Source: Halalkalibacterium halodurans (GTDB lineage: Bacteria > Bacillota > Bacilli > Bacillales > Bacillaceae_D). Taken from it: a stretch of 32,000 nucleotides of DNA. How positions within the stretch are numbered: the stretch's first letter is position 1; the number at the start of each line of letters is the position of its first letter. Positions 27,474 through 32,000 of this stretch are shown here, one piece after another. The notes under the pieces are model-generated. The model made no database searches and was not told where the DNA came from. It saw only the letters and a program-made list of their open reading frames with translations. Both the position numbers and the translations under genes were made by a program. The stretch spans positions 1-32,000 of the forward strand of contig NZ_SNUY01000018.1 of the NCBI RefSeq assembly GCF_004376175.1. The letters are read 5' to 3'.

Positions 27474-28826
27474 ATGAAAAGTCAACGGAAAGCGGAAGAA
27501 ACAGCCGCGGAACGTATGCAGTTAATCTCCCCTCTTTTGGCGGAGGGGTTGGATGCTGGCAAAGCAAGGAAAATCAAGGCTGATATCTGTGAAAGAGCAG
27601 GTGTTTCGGAAAGGACCATCCGCCGGTATCTTTCCCAGTACCGTAACGAAGGGTTCGAAGGCTTAAAGCCGAAGGAAAAAGGAAGAAAACCTGCCAGGAC
27701 AGGGATCCCTCCTGCTTTACTGGAGGAGGCTATCCTTTTGAGGAGGGAGGTTCCGGGGCGGAGTGTCAGCCAGATCATTCAGATTCTTGAGTGGGAAGGA
27801 AAGGCAGAGCCGGGAGAATTAAAAAGGAGTACGCTCCAGGAAAAACTGGCTGAACGGGGCTACAGTTCCCGGCAAATGCGGATGTATACAAGCAGTGGAG
27901 TTGCCGCAAGAAGATTTCAAAGAAGGTACCGGAACAGCCTTTGGCAGTCTGATATCAAGTATGGCCCCTTTCTACCGATTGGTCCCAACGGGACCAATAA
28001 GCAGGTATACCTAGTCTTGTTTATTGATGACGCCACAAGATATGTTCTTCATGGTGAGTGGTATCCCACACTGGATCAGTCCATTGTCGAAGACTGCTTC
28101 CGTAAAGCGATACAAAAGGCGGGACTGCCTGAGGCCGTCTACTTTGATAACGGAAAACAGTACCGGACGAAGTGGATGGGGCGAACCTGTTCTAAACTGG
28201 GTATCCGTTTATTATACGCAAAGCCGTACTCACCTGATTCGAAAGGGAAGGTGGAAAAGTTTAATAGGAACGTTCAGGCCTTTATGGATGAAGCAATGTT
28301 GGAAAAACCGAAAACATTGGATCAGTTTAACCATCTCTTCCAGGCCTGGCTGAGTGAATGTTATCAGAATAAACCCCACTCTGCTTTGGACGCAGCCAGT
28401 CCTGAAGCTGCGTTCCGGTCCGATTCCAAAACGCTTCGTTTCCCTGAGGTGGATGTACTGGCCAATGCCTTTTTGCATTGCGAAGAAAGAAAAGTAGATA
28501 AAGCAGGCTGTATCAGCTTTATGGGCAAGAAATACGAAGTGGGTCTCTTGTTTATTGGCAGGAAGGTACAAGTGGTTTATGACCTGGCGGACATTTCAGA
28601 AGTAACCATTGAATATGAAGGGCATTCTCCGTGGAAAGCAAGAGAACTGGAGATCGGAGAGCGCGCAGGCAAAAGACCAGTTCTGCCGGATCACCTTCTG
28701 ATCCAGGAAACAGACCACTCCCGATTACTACAGGGAGCTGAACAAAAACTGGAAGAACGGAAACAGATTCAAGCCCCTGCCGTCTCCTACCGGAGAGTAA
28801 GGAAGGAGGAAAACGGCTATGTTTGA
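27474..28826 (+). CDS. DDE transposase, Mu/TnsB/TniA-like (HTH + rve core + C-terminal barrel)
   Basis: HTH ICERAGVSERTIRRYLSQY. DDE candidates are D in LWQSDIKY, D in AVYFDNGKQY and E in SKGKVEKFNRN (35 residues after the second D). The C-terminal segment RKVDKAGCISFMGKKYEV...GRKVQVVYD resembles the Mu transposase C-terminal domain. RBS gggagg lies 9 nt before the ATG at 27474 (the track start at 27453 lacks an SD). Confidence 0.85.
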   Translation: MKSQRKAEETAAERMQLISPLLAEGLDAGKARKIKADICERAGVSERTIRRYLSQYRNEGFEGLKPKEKGRKPARTGIPPALLEEAILLRREVPGRSVSQIIQILEWEGKAEPGELKRSTLQEKLAERGYSSRQMRMYTSSGVAARRFQRRYRNSLWQSDIKYGPFLPIGPNGTNKQVYLVLFIDDATRYVLHGEWYPTLDQSIVEDCFRKAIQKAGLPEAVYFDNGKQYRTKWMGRTCSKLGIRLLYAKPYSPDSKGKVEKFNRNVQAFMDEAMLEKPKTLDQFNHLFQAWLSECYQNKPHSALDAASPEAAFRSDSKTLRFPEVDVLANAFLHCEERKVDKAGCISFMGKKYEVGLLFIGRKVQVVYDLADISEVTIEYEGHSPWKARELEIGERAGKRPVLPDHLLIQETDHSRLLQGAEQKLEERKQIQAPAVSYRRVRKEENGYV

Positions 28827-29619
28827 AGCTTTTTATGAATTAACTCATACACCCTTTTCCCGGGCTATTCCAACGGAAGAGCTATATAATTCCTACCTGC
28901 TGGAAGAGACACTGGGCAGATTGGAATACGCTGCGGAACGCCAGCTATTTGGAGTCGTTACAGGGGATTGCGGCACAGGAAAAACAACCACGATTCGTCG
29001 GTTTATGGATGGGCTGGATCCTTCCAAGTTCTCGCTTTTATATATTTCCGATTCGAAGCTGACGCCCAGGAACTTTTACAGAGGCGTTCTTGAACAGCTC
29101 GGCTGCGAATCTAAGTTTTATCGAGGAGATGCGAAGAGGCAGCTCCACAAAGAGATTGAACTGATGCGTGGAATCCATGGTATTCAGCCGATTGTAGTAG
29201 TGGATGAAGCCCATTTACTGGACCGTGAAATGCTTGAAGAGGTTCGGTTCTTATTGAATTTTAAAATGGATGCTCAAAGCCCGATGGCCCTTATACTGGT
29301 CGGCCAAAACGAACTTTGGGACCGCCTGAAGCTCCAGTCTTATTCGGCGATCCGCCAGCGAATTGACTTACAGTGCAAGCTGGTTCATTACGACCGTTCA
29401 GAGACAAAGGAATACATGAAGCGCCATCTGTCCTATTCCGGTGCGAAGCAGGAGATTTTTTCGGATGGGGCAGTAGATTGTATTTATAATTTTTCTAGTG
29501 GTTCCGCCCGGCTGATTAACAAAGTGTGTACCCATAGTCTTTTATACGGGGCACAGAATAAGCGCAGGATTATCGATGATCATATGGTGAAACAGGTGAT
29601 AGAAGGAGAACTATCTTGA
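28819..29619 (+). CDS. AAA+ ATPase, ExeA/TniB/MuB-type transposition helper
   Basis: F..L...PFS N-terminus typical of ExeA-like proteins. Walker A GDCGTGKTT, Walker B VVVDEAHLL. RBS aaggagg. 8-nt overlap with the transposase gene. Confidence 0.85.
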   Translation: MFEAFYELTHTPFSRAIPTEELYNSYLLEETLGRLEYAAERQLFGVVTGDCGTGKTTTIRRFMDGLDPSKFSLLYISDSKLTPRNFYRGVLEQLGCESKFYRGDAKRQLHKEIELMRGIHGIQPIVVVDEAHLLDREMLEEVRFLLNFKMDAQSPMALILVGQNELWDRLKLQSYSAIRQRIDLQCKLVHYDRSETKEYMKRHLSYSGAKQEIFSDGAVDCIYNFSSGSARLINKVCTHSLLYGAQNKRRIIDDHMVKQVIEGELS

Positions 29620-29849
29620 TGTGGGAATGTCGGTTTATCGCCTATTCTAAGCTTATGAAGTGTTGGCTTTTGGTAAAAGGGGAATATGGCCGCTTCCTGT
29701 ATGAGGGAACCCGATTTTATATGCGTTTTGATGAAGGAGTCTTCCTTCCTTGTCAGCTCGAATTCGATAGACAGTGGTATGTGACCATCGGTGATGAGGG
29801 CATACGACTTAATTTGAGAAAGAACGAAGAATACCAAGTTTATATGTAA
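29619..29849 (+). CDS. Small protein, DUF5348-like, 76 aa
   Basis: The start overlaps the ATPase stop (TGATG). RBS aaggag lies upstream. The pattern G.Y.RF......F.....LPC....EF....WY.T.G resembles DUF5348 as I recall it. An alternative TTG start lies at 29616. Confidence 0.55.
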   Translation: MWECRFIAYSKLMKCWLLVKGEYGRFLYEGTRFYMRFDEGVFLPCQLEFDRQWYVTIGDEGIRLNLRKNEEYQVYM

Positions 29850-29855
29850 TTAATA

Positions 29856-29890
29856 GGGAAGCGATGCACAACCAAGCTTCCCTTTCATTT
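29856..29890 (+). terminator. Terminator of the transposon operon
   Basis: Stem gggaagc / gcttccc, 13-nt loop, tail tttcattt. Confidence 0.55.
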
Positions 29891-29903
29891 GGACAAAATA
29901 GGG

Positions 29904-29918
29904 AGCAATATCGGGACA
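29904..29918 (+). repeat. End-motif copy S4 (agcaatatcgggaca)
   Basis: Shares atatcgg and a ..aca tip with the S2 reverse complement (cattatatcggtca). An alternative right terminus would end at CA 29918. Confidence 0.4.
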
Positions 29919-29939
29919 AAGTTTCCCGTCTTCCGCATG

Positions 29940-29955
29940 ACTTTATATGGCGTCA
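29940..29955 (+). repeat. End-motif copy S3 (actttatatggcgtca); candidate right terminal repeat
   Basis: Inverted match to 26768-26785 (13 of 18, one gap) and a direct match to S0 at 26612-26625. Ends in CA. Confidence 0.55.
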
Positions 29956-30006
29956 GTAACAACATAGTAATCATGAGGTTCGTTACAAAAAAGGAGTTGA
30001 ATCAAA

Positions 30007-30675
30007 ATGATCAAGAGAGGATTCGTTGTCCTAGTACTTATGGCGGCTATGTTTTCAAACCCTGCCTTTGTCCAAGCCCAGCAGCAGGCTCATGTCAGAG
30101 TGTTACATGCTTCGCCTGATGCTCCACCAGTAGATGTGTATATTGATGGAAAAAAACAGATGGAGGGCGTGCCATTTAAGCAAACGAGCAGCTATTTCAA
30201 CGTCCCTGCTGGGGATCATATGATCACTATTTTTGCAGCAGGGGATGATCCGGCAGAAACCCCTGTGATTGAAGAAACTTTATTAGTCGAGGCTGGGAAA
30301 AATTACACAGCAGCTGTCGTAGATGAAGTAGATGCGATCCACTTAGTTGTTTTAGAAGATGAACAAGAGGTGAATCGAGGAGGAGCGGCTAAGCTTCGAG
30401 CGGTTCACCTATCTCCAGATACACCAGCTGTTCAACTACACCTCTCAGCAGCCAATGTTGACATGCCATCCCTTTCTTTTGAGAATGCGTCCCGTTATAT
30501 CGATCTACCCGCGGGTGCATATGACCTCGACATTCGAATGATTGAAACGGATGATGTGGCAACAGAGGGGAACAGACTGCAGGTGAAAGAAGGAACAGCA
30601 TACACGGCTATTGTTGTCGGACTTCAACGGGGTGAACCTGAGTTTGAAGTGGTTTTACTTACAGACACTAAATAA
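30007..30675 (+). CDS. Secreted DUF4397-like protein (two repeats)
   Basis: Signal peptide MIKRGFVVLVLMAAMFSNPAFVQA. Two repeats begin VRVLHASPDAPPVDVYIDG and LRAVHLSPDTPAVQLHL. RBS aaggag. Confidence 0.7.
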   Translation: MIKRGFVVLVLMAAMFSNPAFVQAQQQAHVRVLHASPDAPPVDVYIDGKKQMEGVPFKQTSSYFNVPAGDHMITIFAAGDDPAETPVIEETLLVEAGKNYTAAVVDEVDAIHLVVLEDEQEVNRGGAAKLRAVHLSPDTPAVQLHLSAANVDMPSLSFENASRYIDLPAGAYDLDIRMIETDDVATEGNRLQVKEGTAYTAIVVGLQRGEPEFEVVLLTDTK

Positions 30676-30692
30676 GAACGTACGTCCTTACC

Positions 30693-30721
30693 AAGCAGCA
30701 AGTCGACTCGGCTTGCTGCTT
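30693..30721 (+). terminator. Hairpin after the DUF4397-like gene (weak T tail)
   Basis: Stem aagcagcaagtcg / cggcttgctgctt with a 3-nt loop. The tail agttat is not T-rich, so termination efficiency is uncertain. Confidence 0.4.
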
Positions 30722-30915
30722 AGTTATGCGAGTTAGGAAGGATTCATCTCATGTGTTAGTACAGCTTAAAATGGTGGAAATAGTAAAACCATAGAACCTG
30801 CCAAAGGAAAAATGACAGGTTGCTCGCTTTTTTTTAAAATAGATTGTTTTCCTTACTCCATAACCGATCATTTGTTATCATATGAAGGGGAAGAAAGAGA
30901 GGTTGATTAAGACGT

Positions 30916-31131
30916 ATGTTTGAAACGTGGAATAAATATGGGGCAAAAAGTGCGATTGTTTTTGCTGGTGGTATCATTCTGATTGGAATATTTCAGATCA
31001 TGATAAGTATCGATGTAGCTATGTGGGAACGGCTAGGCATTAGCGTTCTCTTTATCCTGATCATTTCAGGCTTTATGTACGGCTATTACAAGCTCATCAC
31101 GTTTCTGGTTAAACATTTATCGAGCAGGTGA
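30916..31131 (+). CDS. Small two-helix membrane protein, 71 aa
   Basis: Two long hydrophobic segments. Weak SD agagagg 13 nt upstream. A strong bidirectional terminator follows. Confidence 0.4.
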   Translation: MFETWNKYGAKSAIVFAGGIILIGIFQIMISIDVAMWERLGISVLFILIISGFMYGYYKLITFLVKHLSSR

Positions 31132-31178
31132 CCTACTGATGGGGGTCTTGATAAAAGAGGGGACGGAATGTACGTAAC

Positions 31179-31217
31179 ATGCAAAAAAGCGGACTCTACT
31201 GATCCGCTTTTTTGCAT
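31179..31217. terminator. Bidirectional rho-independent terminator
   Basis: Perfect palindrome atgcaaaaaagcgga - 9 nt - tccgcttttttgcat. This gives a U-tract on both strands between the convergent genes. Confidence 0.85.
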
Positions 31218-31221
31218 ACTT

Positions 31222-32000
31222 TTATCCAACTTGACGTTCTTCAGACGTGTCTTCATCCCAGCATTCCGTGTTTTCAATGCCTAATTTGGATGGAGAGAAT
31301 GTCGGATCGAGTCCTTGTTTACGCTGAGTCTCATAGTCTTTTAATACCTTGAAGGCCACCCGTCCTAAAAGGGCGATACCTACGAGGTTAATAACGGTCA
31401 TCAAAGCCATGAAGACGTCGGCTAAATCCCACACAAGGCCGAGGCTTGCATTGGCGCCAAACATGACAAGACCCATCGTAGCAAGACGATAAAATAAAAC
31501 CCCAGTTTGACTCTTTTTAATAAATTCAATATTCGTTTCCCCATAGTAATAGCTTCCGATAATGGAGCTAAAGGCAAATAGGAAGATCGCGATCGCGACA
31601 AAAATGGACGCCCATGGACCAATATGAGAACTTAAAGAATCTTGCAAGAGTGTAATTCCGGCAGCTTCAGTAGATGTGCCAAACCCTTCAGCCATAATGA
31701 TAATAAAGGCAGTTGCCGTACAAACAATCAACGTGTCAACAAATACTCCGAGAGTTTGAATAAATCCTTGCTTCGCTGGATGTGTAACGTCAGCTACAGC
31801 AGCAGCGTTTGGTGCACTACCCATCCCTGCTTCATTGGAAAATAGGCCACGGCGCACCCCTTGCATGATGGCAGCCCCAATTCCTCCACCGATCGCCTGC
31901 TCTAATCCAAAAGCGCTTTGAATAATTAAAGAAATGGCAGCAGGAACTTGAGAGATGTTCATGATGACCACAATAGCGGCGATTGTAATATATAACAGAG
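31222..32000 (-). CDS. Alanine/glycine:cation symporter (AGCS family), C-terminal part; the gene continues beyond the window
   Basis: GLFSNEAGMGSAPNAAA motif and several hydrophobic helices. The reading frame is open to the window edge, so the ATG at 31971 is internal. Confidence 0.85.
   Translation of the reverse strand, partial: LLYITIAAIVVIMNISQVPAAISLIIQSAFGLEQAIGGGIGAAIMQGVRRGLFSNEAGMGSAPNAAAVADVTHPAKQGFIQTLGVFVDTLIVCTATAFIIIMAEGFGTSTEAAGITLLQDSLSSHIGPWASIFVAIAIFLFAFSSIIGSYYYGETNIEFIKKSQTGVLFYRLATMGLVMFGANASLGLVWDLADVFMALMTVINLVGIALLGRVAFKVLKDYETQRKQGLDPTFSPSKLGIENTECWDEDTSEERQVG

Larger units (their letters stand above)
26612..29955 (+). mobile_element. Mu/Tn552/Tn5053-superfamily-like four-gene transposon (DUF6431-like + DDE transposase + AAA+ ATPase + DUF5348-like); ends provisional
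   Basis: Four same-strand, overlapping or closely spaced ORFs with their own promoter and terminator. A repeated end motif occurs at both sides. The best inverted pair is 26768 TGACCGATATAATGAC and the reverse complement of 29955, TGACGCCATATAAAGTC (13 of 18 positions, one gap; TG..CA tips). The outer limits used here are the direct repeat acttta..ggcgtca at 26612 and 29940. AGA/AGG/CGG arginine codons are common here but rare in the flanking genes. The element interrupts otherwise conserved synteny. Confidence 0.6.

Noticed and set aside
27474-29619. Classifying the transposase/ATPase pair as an IS21-family istA/istB element
   Set aside because: The ATPase has an ExeA/TniB-like N-terminus (F..L...PFS) and the Walker A motif GDCGTGKTT, rather than the DnaC-like IstB pattern. 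The transposase carries a Mu-type C-terminal segment. I therefore place the pair nearer the Mu/Tn552/Tn5053 group. An HMM comparison is needed to be sure.
27474-29849. Reading the AAA+ ATPase plus small ORF as a phage-defence module
   Set aside because: The ATPase overlaps the 3' end of a DDE transposase gene, and the block is bounded by repeated end motifs. No nuclease, sensor or effector domain is recognisable. A transposition role is the simpler reading.
29861-29870. gcgatgcaca as a possible right terminus, because its reverse complement tgtgcatcgc resembles tgtgtagctc at 26670
   Set aside because: The cut would fall in the loop of the operon terminator hairpin, and the similarity is only 7 of 10 in AT-rich context. 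It is probably chance.
26763-29960. Target-site duplication flanking the candidate termini
   Set aside because: For termini 26768/29955 the flanks are aaggt and gtaac, with no match. For 26768/29918 they are aaggt and aagtt, a 4-of-5 match only. This is too weak to call, so the ends stay provisional.
30722-30840. Possible small RNA between the hairpin at 30693-30721 and a second weak hairpin/T-run near 30796-30838
   Set aside because: I could not find a convincing promoter. The second hairpin has a 6-bp stem with a 16-nt loop. The evidence is too weak.

Overview
The window looks like a Bacillaceae chromosome segment. Gene order matches the Bacillus subtilis yrvM-yrrU region: 6S RNA, tcdA, rarA, cymR, cysteine desulfurase, mnmA, yrrB, recD2, yrrD, yrrI, T-box-alaS, yrzL, ruvX, yrzB, mltG, yrrM/N/O, udk, greA, yrrS, mtnN. 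Almost all of it is + strand housekeeping DNA with clear RBSs and rho-independent terminators. Two RNA features are not in the ORF track: a 6S RNA with its own promoter and terminator (about 1774-2060), and an Ala-specific T-box leader upstream of alaS (about 13909-14207). The only clearly accessory DNA lies at about 26.6-29.96 kb, between a divergent Nudix gene and a DUF4397-like secreted protein gene. It is a compact four-gene mobile element. Its genes are a zinc-ribbon protein (DUF6431-like), a Mu/Tn552-type DDE transposase, an ExeA/TniB-type AAA+ ATPase and a small DUF5348-like protein. It has its own promoter and terminator, overlapping (probably translationally coupled) genes, and arrays of a repeated end motif. 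No resolvase or TnsA-like gene is present and two of the four genes have no known function, so this is my best candidate for an undescribed system. Its exact ends and target duplication could not be settled by eye. No rRNA, tRNA or CRISPR array was seen. All family names come from motifs I recognised by eye or from memory; no searches were run.
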